Below, in pieces: positions 9,109-18,308 of a DNA stretch of 64,000 nt. The position numbers and the translations under genes are program-made. Each line of letters opens with the position of its first letter. The stretch's first letter is position 1. The stretch is from an uncultured virus (IMG/VR IMGVR_UViG_3300031414_000019) (lineage: Duplodnaviria > Heunggongvirae > Uroviricota > Caudoviricetes), in the IMG/VR virus record IMGVR_UViG_3300031414_000019, positions 1 to 64,000 of that record. The stretch is one strand, 5' to 3'. The notes beneath the pieces were generated by a model. It did not search any database, had not been told where the DNA came from, and saw only the letters and a program-made list of their open reading frames with translations.

Positions 9109-9582
9109 ATGGAAACAGTTAAATTAGAAACTCCACTTTATCTCGAAGTAGTCAAAGTTGGTAGTGGTATTTTAGTTTGCCGGCTGAGTAATGGTTGCGA
9201 TAACGTACCTTTACATGTCCGTAGGGCATTCGCTGCCCTGATGTTAGATACACACACCTGTCAGTCTCGCGGTACACTTGGTGGTGCTGGTAAGATGTAT
9301 GGTATCAGTCATTTCCCAGGCACACATCGTTACGACTTCATCACACCGGGTGGCTTGATGTCAGATACTGACTACTGGTTCTACGAGCTTCACGGGTCAT
9401 TGAAGCACGACATGACCGAAGGTAGCACCATCAATTTCACAATGCGCGATGGTGACATGGAACTTCCGCTGAACTCTGACAACGCACTGAAGGCTGTTGC
9501 AACCAGCCAGAACACTAACCCGATTCGTGTGGTGTCGTTCAGGTACTTTGATAGTACGCTTGAGCCGATTAACATGAACTAA
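9109..9582 (+). CDS. Hypothetical protein
   Basis: 157 aa ORF with AGGAG RBS. Confidence 0.8.
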   Translation: METVKLETPLYLEVVKVGSGILVCRLSNGCDNVPLHVRRAFAALMLDTHTCQSRGTLGGAGKMYGISHFPGTHRYDFITPGGLMSDTDYWFYELHGSLKHDMTEGSTINFTMRDGDMELPLNSDNALKAVATSQNTNPIRVVSFRYFDSTLEPINMN

Positions 9583-9592
9583 ACCTACCAAC

Positions 9593-9621
9593 AAGAAGAT
9601 CCTTTGGGGTCTTCTTTTTAT
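9593..9621 (+). terminator. Rho-independent terminator
   Basis: AAGAAGATCC-tttg-GGGTCTTCTT followed by a T-run. Confidence 0.65.
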
Positions 9622-9638
9622 TCCATCGGAGGAATAAA

Positions 9639-10160
9639 ATGTCCACTCTTTTCGAACAACTCAAAGGTGTAGAGTTTCCAGAGGATGCGTCATTTGGTAC
9701 ACCGGCTATCCGACAGCTTGGTACCCCATTTATTGGGCGCGGTATGACGGTGCCACAGTTATGGTACCCATATAGCCAGTCGTATGCCTACACATTCCAT
9801 GGTGCTCTGACCGTGTGCGATCCACCGCACTACCCACAAATGAGCCGCACCCTTTTGGCCGGTGCAATTGGTAAACTGCTGGGTGTTTACGAAATCGATG
9901 ACCACCTGCCTACTCACTTGGTTCCGTACGGAAGATACGAGCACACATACCGTGATCAACGCCACGGGTCAGATTTCTACGAAGGTCAATCTACCATCTA
10001 CTTCGAGCCGAGTAGTGCGATGTCAGATGTGATGACTAAGTTACTGGTAGCTAACCTAATGCCAAAGAAATCGAAGGTTAAGTATCCACCTTTTACTGAG
10101 CGTACAAAGGACGCCTTCGAGGCTAACTTAGCTAAACGTATCAATCGGAATAAGCCATGA
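9639..10160 (+). CDS. Hypothetical protein
   Basis: 173 aa ORF with GGAGG RBS. Confidence 0.8.
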   Translation: MSTLFEQLKGVEFPEDASFGTPAIRQLGTPFIGRGMTVPQLWYPYSQSYAYTFHGALTVCDPPHYPQMSRTLLAGAIGKLLGVYEIDDHLPTHLVPYGRYEHTYRDQRHGSDFYEGQSTIYFEPSSAMSDVMTKLLVANLMPKKSKVKYPPFTERTKDAFEANLAKRINRNKP

Positions 10161-10645
10161 CGACAATTGCGTGGGATGGTAACATACTTGCTGCTGATAG
10201 CCGTGAGACCTCAACGGGCATGGGTATCACCACAGACAAAGCAATGAAGCTTCTGATGGTCGATCCAGCTAAGCACAGTTATGATGGTGTAGGTGCCGTA
10301 GCTTTTGCATGTGCTGGAACGGCAGGTGGGTGCCGGATTTTAAAGGCGCTACTGGAAGAAGGTTTAACCGCACTGACGCCAGTGCCTGATAAAGTGGATT
10401 TCACTGCCATTCTCGTAACTGAGGATGGAAAGGGACATTGGTTATATACCGACGAAGACTATGCCTTCGTACTCGGTGAGCCTATTCTAACCGATTCTGT
10501 GGGATCTGGGTCTGCCTACGCTCGCGCTGCCATGAAAATGGGGAAAGATGCTAAGGCGGCAGTAGAGTTTGCCATGCAGTTCGATCCCAATACCGGCGGT
10601 GAAGTTCAGCTGTTTGATTACACCGCGTGGACTAACGGGAAGTAA
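10157..10645 (+). CDS. Ntn-hydrolase, proteasome/HslV-like peptidase
   Basis: N-terminal MTTIA (Thr nucleophile), AADSR, AG, GSGS..A.AAM and D..TGG motifs typical of the HslV/proteasome beta fold. Confidence 0.85.
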   Translation: MTTIAWDGNILAADSRETSTGMGITTDKAMKLLMVDPAKHSYDGVGAVAFACAGTAGGCRILKALLEEGLTALTPVPDKVDFTAILVTEDGKGHWLYTDEDYAFVLGEPILTDSVGSGSAYARAAMKMGKDAKAAVEFAMQFDPNTGGEVQLFDYTAWTNGK

Positions 10646-10732
10646 AAAATTACAACCCTTTCTATTAGTATGAGATGAACTCCATGTCAGCTCGAAGGGT
10701 AGTGCACGGCGACAGACGTGCATCACAAAACA

Positions 10733-10772
10733 CCACGCCATTCTCGAAAGGGAATGGCGTGGGACTTATTTT
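10733..10772 (+). terminator. Hairpin terminator
   Basis: CCACGCCATTCTC-GAAA-GGGAATGGCGTGG followed by acttatttt. Confidence 0.7.
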
Positions 10773-10786
10773 GCTAAGGGAAGAAA

Positions 10787-11119
10787 ATGGTACAGATTAA
10801 ACAGGCAGTGGCGGTACTTAAAGTTAATCAAGTAGAATGGTTAGCGGACGGAAAGATTGAAGGCTCGCCCCTCACTATCGTCTCTGGCGCAACGAATGAC
10901 CTGGATGGCCTGCACTCCATTCTAAAAAAGAACGATATCGAAATCGACACAGCGAGTGCGTGCAATGATTGGGTAGATGTTACGCGCACTGTAGATAATC
11001 GCACCAGTGTACTTACACCCGGTAGTTTTGTTGTTCTTTGGGACGACAGCACTGTCAGCACTCTCGATGGCGTGAAGGATGTTAACATTGAGAACGGGCA
11101 ACCGGTCGTAGTGTTCTAA
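10787..11119 (+). CDS. Hypothetical protein
   Basis: 110 aa ORF with AAGGGA RBS. Confidence 0.75.
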   Translation: MVQIKQAVAVLKVNQVEWLADGKIEGSPLTIVSGATNDLDGLHSILKKNDIEIDTASACNDWVDVTRTVDNRTSVLTPGSFVVLWDDSTVSTLDGVKDVNIENGQPVVVF

Positions 11120-11125
11120 GAACAT

Positions 11126-11142
11126 TTGAGATATATATTATC
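11126..11142 (+). promoter_or_regulatory. Putative early promoter
   Basis: TTGAGATATATATTATC immediately upstream of the gp68-like gene. Confidence 0.7.
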
Positions 11143-11179
11143 TTAGTGTAAAGGTTAGCGTAAGTAATGGAGGTTTGAT

Positions 11180-12751
11180 GTGGAGATCTATCCGCTAGAC
11201 AATAGCGATAAATTGACCGGCATTGTCATTGAGCATAAAGGGAAAAGAATTGTCTCTGAGGGGAGCATCTTTGACCGCACACCTTTCCCGTCGACGGGTG
11301 AGTTGTTTATGGACATCAATGCATTCTGGGGTACGTTACCTGATGACGTACAAGATCGTATCATGCGTATCTATTCGGATATCGAAGAAGCGTTCTTAAC
11401 GACGTTTAACGATGTTCGTTTGCACGAGCGCGTAGTGGCTCTGGTTGCTGAATTGTACAGTTGCTGGTCATATGCTGACCTTGCGCGCTTTGTCCGTTTG
11501 CACTGTAATATCATCGTGCCAAACGAGATACAAACGGCGATGGGTGAGTACAGTAGTTCTGACCGCACGTATCTGCGTGACGACTACATGGGGCTAATCT
11601 GTCTCGTTACAGCACTGCGTCCGATGATTCCAATCTGGAACTTATTCGTACGCGAATCTAAGAAAACGTCAGGAACTCACTTCAAAGAGTTCATGGCAAT
11701 GGGTCTGATGAATCACACGGAGCTGATTCATACCGCAGACTATGACAAGCTCCAACGCTATGTTCGCATGAACGTAGATACAGCCAAGATTACCATGTCT
11801 GCAATCGTCGCAGGTATCGGTAGTGCTGAGCTGGAAGATTGGGTATTTGGTGTAGTACTCATTCGAAAGGTGTGTGTCGGTGTTGTAATGCACAGAAGGC
11901 CAGATGGTCAACTGTTCTCTCAGTACAACTCAAGCACTAACATCGTTTCAAACATTTTCCGTCAGATCGAAACCACCCTGACTAGCCTTGACCGTAAGTT
12001 TGATGGTCAGGTGCGTAAGAAGCCGGACGGGATGGAATATCGTGATGACGATAAGGAATCACAAGCTGAGAAAATAATCGTTAAGCAGCAGATCAACGAC
12101 TATAAGTTTCTGCTGGCATGGAAGTACGCAAAGGGTGTTGCAAACGCACGGCGTCTTATTGATCCGTCACTACCGATGGATATGGTCGATGCGTGTGTTG
12201 GCCACTTGCGCCGCAATAACGGATATCTGCCAACCGATGGTCAGATTGCGCTGACGCAGTGGGCAGTTGACGCTGCGTTGAAAGCGCGTTTCATTCCAGC
12301 CCTGGAACAACCAGAGCGTGTGAACATGATAGGATTAGCACAGGCGCTTTATTGGCACTGGGGCTTCTACGACTTGGCGTCTTTATTAACAGCTGAGCCT
12401 TCTATTATGGACGACGATATGGTTTTCGGAACGGATACCCGTAGTCGTGTAACAAACGAGCAATTCCGGATCTTGAAAGAACAGTATCCCTTCTACCACA
12501 GAAGGAGTAGTGGAAAGAAAGATACCGGTGAACAGCAGCGTTCTGAGAATGCTGCGATGATAGCGATAGAAAAACTCTTTTCGCTATTTGACGGTCGTCC
12601 TTATCTGCTCAATGCACCACAGGAACTTTTGGCACAAGTCACCATGCGTCCGTATCGCTCCGGTGGTCATCTGATTCCCTCGGACTTCAAAGTGCAGGTA
12701 GCGGCGTTCATCATCAAACTTAATAATCATAAAGCAGGAGTACAGGAATAA
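11180..12751 (+). CDS. Non-virion RNAP specificity (sigma-like) subunit (phiKZ gp68-like)
   Basis: 523 aa, GTG start with GGAGG RBS. Size and position (before PicA, gp70 and beta-C) match gp68. Conserved-looking TYLRDDY and ALRPMIPIW segments. Confidence 0.75.
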   Translation: MEIYPLDNSDKLTGIVIEHKGKRIVSEGSIFDRTPFPSTGELFMDINAFWGTLPDDVQDRIMRIYSDIEEAFLTTFNDVRLHERVVALVAELYSCWSYADLARFVRLHCNIIVPNEIQTAMGEYSSSDRTYLRDDYMGLICLVTALRPMIPIWNLFVRESKKTSGTHFKEFMAMGLMNHTELIHTADYDKLQRYVRMNVDTAKITMSAIVAGIGSAELEDWVFGVVLIRKVCVGVVMHRRPDGQLFSQYNSSTNIVSNIFRQIETTLTSLDRKFDGQVRKKPDGMEYRDDDKESQAEKIIVKQQINDYKFLLAWKYAKGVANARRLIDPSLPMDMVDACVGHLRRNNGYLPTDGQIALTQWAVDAALKARFIPALEQPERVNMIGLAQALYWHWGFYDLASLLTAEPSIMDDDMVFGTDTRSRVTNEQFRILKEQYPFYHRRSSGKKDTGEQQRSENAAMIAIEKLFSLFDGRPYLLNAPQELLAQVTMRPYRSGGHLIPSDFKVQVAAFIIKLNNHKAGVQE

Positions 12752-14187
12752 TGTTTATTCGTCGCGTATTGTTTACAGAGACCGGTACCTACAACGACAT
12801 GTGGTCAGCAAGCTACGGTACTCGTGTTAGCGCAGACAGCCTGGCTAAACTTCAGCACGCCACTGAGCTTGGCGAAAACCTTTCAGTACCAGCTCTATCT
12901 GTTGTGGGTTCAGAGATTATGCGACCGTCTGCCAAAGTTGAGGCAAGCGTTAACATCGTCAATGGTTGGAACGAACCGAAGTTTCGCTTTATGATGGAGA
13001 TTGAGCAGGTATCTTCCAACGGCAATGTGCTGGTTGATATCCTGAGTGGGTATACCGATTACATGGGTATCACTCGCAGCGAAACAATGGACCCGAACAT
13101 GATGTTGTTCATCAACAGCATCACATCGGTAACGGTGATGGATCGCATTGGTCCAAATGGCCAGGTTCAGAAGCGACTGCATATCCGTGAGTCTAACCAG
13201 GTAATGCCGGGGTATTTCAATCCGGGTCGTGAGGTAAACCAGTTCTATCTGGCACCTCAGGATATCTTCGACGGTATCGGTCTGACTACAGCACTGGGTG
13301 GCATTGCTGATGCCCGTGATCTTCGCACGATCGATTCACGTAATATCGCACTGGATGGACCGCGTCTGTCTAACCGCGCTAATAACCACAGTGGTAGTTA
13401 TCTCTCTCGCGTTATGAGCGGGTATAAAACGGCACTGAGTTCCGCGAGCGTGCAGGATGCGAACATGTCTAGCGTACTTAAAACCGCTAAGGCAACTGTA
13501 GCAGACCGCAACCCCTATGAGTTAGCATCATTGGGTACCTTGCTGAACAATACCGATATGTCGCATCGTCATGGCGTGTCCTGGGGTGAGCTGCTGCGCT
13601 TCCGCCCAGATCTGGAAAACGCAACTCACGTAGCGTTCAACCGTGGTGTTGCAGTATCTCACGATACATTCATTGCACGTCGTGGTGAAAGTGAGAACTG
13701 GGATACTGTGTCCAACGAAACCGTTGTTGCACGTATGGTGGCAAGTACCCTGCCTACGTTGATGAACGATGGTAAGTTTACCAAGATGGTTGTTACCATG
13801 TCAAACGACATGCCTAACCCAAACAACGGTACGCCGTATACCATCATCGTACATGACGCACAGAGCTTTGCTAAGATTCTGTCTCAGGATGAGTCGTACA
13901 TGCGTGATGCAGTTCAGTCGTTCTGTCATCGCGTTGCAACTGAACTGATGGCTGGTATCACTTTCGGTAACCAGATGTTGGCTCACCTCGAAGTATACTG
14001 TGATCTGTTAGGCGATACTGAAATCAAGATATCCCTGAACGGTGGTCCGCTGGTGCCTTACCAGAACCCACAGTGGTGTGATGCATTGACTACACCAATC
14101 GCCACTCTGGATGCCAACAAGCGCAGTGTTATCGCTCGCGATATCCAGGGTCTGATGGAAAACATCAACACGGTATCTTACCGCTAA
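12751..14187 (+). CDS. picA: Nuclear protein import factor PicA/Imp1 (phiKZ gp69-like)
   Basis: 478 aa, translationally coupled to gp68-like. Contains ETGTYN, IVNGWNEPKFRFMM and SGYTDY segments; synteny. Confidence 0.7.
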   Translation: MFIRRVLFTETGTYNDMWSASYGTRVSADSLAKLQHATELGENLSVPALSVVGSEIMRPSAKVEASVNIVNGWNEPKFRFMMEIEQVSSNGNVLVDILSGYTDYMGITRSETMDPNMMLFINSITSVTVMDRIGPNGQVQKRLHIRESNQVMPGYFNPGREVNQFYLAPQDIFDGIGLTTALGGIADARDLRTIDSRNIALDGPRLSNRANNHSGSYLSRVMSGYKTALSSASVQDANMSSVLKTAKATVADRNPYELASLGTLLNNTDMSHRHGVSWGELLRFRPDLENATHVAFNRGVAVSHDTFIARRGESENWDTVSNETVVARMVASTLPTLMNDGKFTKMVVTMSNDMPNPNNGTPYTIIVHDAQSFAKILSQDESYMRDAVQSFCHRVATELMAGITFGNQMLAHLEVYCDLLGDTEIKISLNGGPLVPYQNPQWCDALTTPIATLDANKRSVIARDIQGLMENINTVSYR

Positions 14188-14205
14188 TTTCGAAAAGGAT
14201 TAATT

Positions 14206-15630
14206 ATGAGTGTTGTAGAAAAGCTGTACGTTCCACTGGTGACCAGTGTAGATCTGCCACCAGATGAGGATGGTACGCTTCGTTTCCACCTCGACGAAAA
14301 GAACAGTCGTGTGGTTAAGGTAGATGACCTTCCTCTGGTCATGCCGATTCCAGAACGTCTGCGCGGTACCGGCCTGAATGGTGTGGTAGCTTTCCACCCA
14401 CTTTCTGAAAACATCATCCGTGGTGAATCCCCGGTGCTTCGTAAGCTCCGTACTGCGGTAATCAACAAAATAACGAACAGTCTGTCTCTGCTGATGTTGA
14501 GCATGGTTGAGATCGCTGCCGACGTTGATTATCAACAGAAGCTGAAAGCCTCTGAGTCGGAGTTCCTGCGTGCGCTGCCAACCGCTGATGCCAAACTGGC
14601 TAATGCGTTGGGTAAAATCATCGACAACATCGAAGCTGAAGGAAACAACCGTCTGGTTCGTATCTTCTTCAAACGCGGTGGGATGTGGAAGGGTGAGAAA
14701 TACGCCCGCGTTGCTGTAGTGAGCTTCCCGCTGGTAGAAGCGGCACACGATGATTCCAAAGAGCTGTTCGGTGTTAAGCTGCGTGTTGCAGACAAAACAC
14801 AGATTCAGGCTCTGCTGGAATATCTGCTGCCTAACTCGCTGGAACCAAGCGACACCTATGACTACGGTTCAAGCAGTAAGTCTGCACCGTACTTCGACTC
14901 ACTGATCGGCGCGTATGTTAATCTGGCTAATGCCATTAACAAACATGCCAAGAAGCTGAAGAAGCATCTGGAAGTCTACGACTCTATCTATATTGATACG
15001 AGCTGGGCTGATGAGATGGCCAATATCGATAAACTGGCGTTGGAAATCCCACCACTGCCGTTTAACGAAGGTGACGTAGGTATCGAAGAGAAGCATAAGC
15101 AGGAAGTTGCTAACGCAGCTGAAACTGTTGCTGAAACTCATACCGCTGGTCGTCCGGCAGTTAATCTGGCGAGCAAGTTCGCGACGGCGTTGGAACAGGA
15201 TGTGGTACCGGCTACTCAGCCAATGGCACCATCTGTACCTAACGTGGCTCCGGCTGCCCCTCAAGGTTACGGTGCACCGCAGACAGCTGCTCCTCAGGCA
15301 CCACAGGTTCAGTCTGGCTATCGCTCACCAGCGGCAGCACCACAGTCTGTACCGAACGGCGGTACTCTGAAGTGGAATGAAGTACAGGCAGCCAATGTCC
15401 CGCAGCAACAGCAGGGCTATGGTCAGCCACCACAGCAGGGTTACGGCTACGCGCCTCAGCAACGTGGTTATGAGCAACCTCGCGGCTACGGTCAGCCCCA
15501 GCAGGCCGGTTACCCAGGAAGCAGTACCTACAATTCCGGCTACAACACCGGATACGATAATCGTGGTGGGTATAACAGCAACCAGGGATACAACCGCGAC
15601 CCTGGTCGTGTGATCGCTAGTTACAGCTAA
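14206..15630 (+). CDS. Conserved core protein (phiKZ gp70-like) with P/Q/G/Y low-complexity tail
   Basis: 474 aa with AFHPLSENIIRGES and APYF motifs; synteny. Confidence 0.7.
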   Translation: MSVVEKLYVPLVTSVDLPPDEDGTLRFHLDEKNSRVVKVDDLPLVMPIPERLRGTGLNGVVAFHPLSENIIRGESPVLRKLRTAVINKITNSLSLLMLSMVEIAADVDYQQKLKASESEFLRALPTADAKLANALGKIIDNIEAEGNNRLVRIFFKRGGMWKGEKYARVAVVSFPLVEAAHDDSKELFGVKLRVADKTQIQALLEYLLPNSLEPSDTYDYGSSSKSAPYFDSLIGAYVNLANAINKHAKKLKKHLEVYDSIYIDTSWADEMANIDKLALEIPPLPFNEGDVGIEEKHKQEVANAAETVAETHTAGRPAVNLASKFATALEQDVVPATQPMAPSVPNVAPAAPQGYGAPQTAAPQAPQVQSGYRSPAAAPQSVPNGGTLKWNEVQAANVPQQQQGYGQPPQQGYGYAPQQRGYEQPRGYGQPQQAGYPGSSTYNSGYNTGYDNRGGYNSNQGYNRDPGRVIASYS

Positions 15631-15635
15631 GTAAC

Positions 15636-15685
15636 GGCATAAGAGGCTGGGGAAACCCAGCCTCTCTCTATTACCTTTTTATTTT
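15636..15685. terminator. Bidirectional terminator between convergent genes
   Basis: CGGCATAA then AGAGGCTGGG-GAAA-CCCAGCCTCT, followed by a T-rich tract. Confidence 0.75.
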
Positions 15686-15686
15686 G

Positions 15687-16031
15687 TCAACTCGTGCTGT
15701 ACTGGTTACGGAAGATAGCAGCGAGGTTTTGAATGACAGTAAAGGACGGTATTAAAATCGTAGTGTTCAGACCGTTGTAGTCTGCTGGATTTGTCATGTC
15801 GTTCACACGCAGAATAATCCAACGCAGATACTCGGGGATGTCAAGGTTGGCGAGTAAACCATAGAAGTCATAACGCCAACGCCAGGCTTCGCCTTCCGGT
15901 ATATCCCTGTGGTCAAAACCGTCGGCCGTCTGTAAATAAATACGATGCTGTTCAATCATACGTCTGAAGTCTTCGGTGTAGAAGATGTCATCGCCAGAAT
16001 CTTCACGTAACGAGGTAACTGACAAGGTCAT
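15687..16031 (-). CDS. Small baseplate wedge protein, T4 gp53/LysM-like
   Basis: Probable start at ATG 16031 (MTLSVTSL...). The pattern YGLL...YLRWIILRVNDMTNP...ILIPS fits gp53/gpX LysM-like wedge proteins. Confidence 0.6.
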   Translation of the reverse strand: MTLSVTSLREDSGDDIFYTEDFRRMIEQHRIYLQTADGFDHRDIPEGEAWRWRYDFYGLLANLDIPEYLRWIILRVNDMTNPADYNGLNTTILIPSFTVIQNLAAIFRNQYSTS

Positions 16032-16057
16032 TGGAGGCCCCACTGGATAAGGATATC

Positions 16058-16074
16058 TTGAAATACATATTATT
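16058..16074 (+). promoter_or_regulatory. Putative early promoter
   Basis: TTGAAATACATATTATT upstream of the nvRNAP beta-C gene. Confidence 0.65.
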
Positions 16075-16121
16075 AAAGGGCTAAGTAATAAACAGTGGTA
16101 GCGTAGTCGTGAGGAGCTTAC

Positions 16122-18308
16122 GTGGAAAAGCACAGTGATTTGTTTGGGGTAGAGTCAATCGTTGGGAAGACCAATGAACTCCACGTCAACAACCTAGGTG
16201 GCGGGTCGAATACTAACCCGTGGGCCGCAAATGATTCAGCATCTCGTGCACAGATGTATACCAGTCATCTGTCTCAGGTGCCTGTAATTGCAGACCCAAG
16301 TGTTCGCCGTACCCTGACTGGTGTAGAGCGGGAATACGGTCGTTATACATTCCAACAGAAAATACCCGAGGAAGGTCGTTTCATTCGCGTCATCGATAAG
16401 TATCCAACCCAAGGTGCTTATCGCTTTAGTTATAATCCACAAAAGCTTGCCGTCTATCGTTCGAACAATCCAAAGTATCCTAACAAAGCATATTTTGGTG
16501 TTATGGACGTGTCGACGTATAACATCCGACATCAGTACTTTGGTTTTATGTATAAACCGAAGGGCAACAGAATGTCGATGCTGGTAGAAGATGGTCCAGC
16601 TGAAGAAGGTATGGTTATTGCAACCAGTCCATCTATCGATCAGTTTGGTAACTATCGAACCGGCGTTAGTTCTAAAATGATTTACATGTCGCTACATACA
16701 ACCATTGAGGATGGTGTGTTAGCAAACCGTGCGTGGTTGGAGCGCTACAAATCGGTAGGCATTGAATCGCGTGTGGGTACGTGGGGTAATCGTTGTTATC
16801 CTATCGGTCTTTATAGCTCCAATGGGGTTTACAGGGCACACCCCGAGATCGGTCAGAAGATCGCACCACACGGCATCGTCTATGCTATCCGCGAGTATGA
16901 CGAGCTGTTGGCTGTAGTTGATATGACTGAGAAGGCGTTGGCTGAACCAGACTATATCTTTGACCAACTGGTCTATGGTAAGCCTGGCGCAGAAGTTATC
17001 GACGTCACGGTATTCCACGACCATAATCTGGACCGTGTGAATAATGAAGAGAAAACACCAAAAGGAATTGATGAGCAGAGTCGTCGCTATTACGAAACTT
17101 TACTCGCCCAGCAAAACAAGCTGATCGATCTGTATGAATCTTTGAAACGCCAACATGGTGAGAAACTCATTCTGCATCCGAATCTACATCGGATGATTGT
17201 GTGGGCATATGCCTTCACTAACCATAAGTCGGTTCAACAGCCAGATGGCGCTCGTGTCAACATGACATATCGCCGTGCACCGGTGGGTGACTTCCGTACT
17301 GAGATTGTGTTCAAATATGACATCATCCCTTCAGTCGGTTCTAAAGTTACAACCATGCACGGTGGTAAGGGCGTAATTGTACAGATTCGTGAACCTGAAG
17401 ATATGCCTAAGTGGCCAGACGGTACAACCGCTGACCTGGTGATGGATAATGACTCCAACATCAAAAGGATGAACTTAGGCGGTGTGTTCGAACAGGCAAC
17501 GAATGCCTTTGGTGCTCAGATGACACGACGTGTTCGTGAGATCATGGGTGTGCAGGGCGTAGTAGCCATGGCTGGCGTAGGTGGTTCGCTGAACAACCAG
17601 AACCTCGTAGACCAGGCATATGACGAGTTAATGGAATATTACAGCATTGCTAGTCCGTTAATGGCCGAGCTAATGCGTCGTGAGATTTCAAGTGTCCCGG
17701 AATATCGCAAGAGTCATGTAGGTGCCGTTTGTCAAGATGGAATCTATCTGTGGCTTCCGCCACACACTGAGGATATCGGCGCAACAATCATCGACCGCCT
17801 GGAGCAGCGATATGGACTGGAGATGCATCCGGTTACGTATCGTGACTCTAATGGCAACTTTACCACAACCAAGCAGAAGATGTTGATCGGTGAGACCTAC
17901 ATCATCATGCTGGAGAAGAATGGTTTTGACTGGAGTTCTGTTGCGTCACCAAAACGCCAACACTTCGGTATCCTTGCTCGTATGACGAATATGGACAAGC
18001 ATTCTACTCCTGGTCGTGAGAACGCCGTTCGTATTACTGGTGAAGCAGAGATTCGGCTCCTGCTGGCATTGGTCCCAGATTATGTCGTTGCTGACCTTCT
18101 GGATCGTCCGAACAACCCAGCTGCACACAAAGCAGAAGTTCGTAGTATTCTGGAAGCTAAGAACCCTGCCCAAATTGAGCTGGCTGTTGATCGTAATAAA
18201 GTGCCGTTGGGTGGTAACCGTGCTATCCAATTCATCAAACACATCATGTGGTGCTGTGGTATCAGCATGCGTAGCTTAGGCAAACGCGCTAAGGGGATCT
18301 TTAAATGA
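16122..18308 (+). CDS. Non-virion RNAP beta C-terminal subunit (phiKZ gp71-73-like), uninterrupted
   Basis: Motifs NDSASRAQM, TIEDG, GSKVTTMHGGKGVI, DMP, KRMNLG and R.TGEAE. GTG start with GAGGAG RBS. Confidence 0.93.
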   Translation: MEKHSDLFGVESIVGKTNELHVNNLGGGSNTNPWAANDSASRAQMYTSHLSQVPVIADPSVRRTLTGVEREYGRYTFQQKIPEEGRFIRVIDKYPTQGAYRFSYNPQKLAVYRSNNPKYPNKAYFGVMDVSTYNIRHQYFGFMYKPKGNRMSMLVEDGPAEEGMVIATSPSIDQFGNYRTGVSSKMIYMSLHTTIEDGVLANRAWLERYKSVGIESRVGTWGNRCYPIGLYSSNGVYRAHPEIGQKIAPHGIVYAIREYDELLAVVDMTEKALAEPDYIFDQLVYGKPGAEVIDVTVFHDHNLDRVNNEEKTPKGIDEQSRRYYETLLAQQNKLIDLYESLKRQHGEKLILHPNLHRMIVWAYAFTNHKSVQQPDGARVNMTYRRAPVGDFRTEIVFKYDIIPSVGSKVTTMHGGKGVIVQIREPEDMPKWPDGTTADLVMDNDSNIKRMNLGGVFEQATNAFGAQMTRRVREIMGVQGVVAMAGVGGSLNNQNLVDQAYDELMEYYSIASPLMAELMRREISSVPEYRKSHVGAVCQDGIYLWLPPHTEDIGATIIDRLEQRYGLEMHPVTYRDSNGNFTTTKQKMLIGETYIIMLEKNGFDWSSVASPKRQHFGILARMTNMDKHSTPGRENAVRITGEAEIRLLLALVPDYVVADLLDRPNNPAAHKAEVRSILEAKNPAQIELAVDRNKVPLGGNRAIQFIKHIMWCCGISMRSLGKRAKGIFK

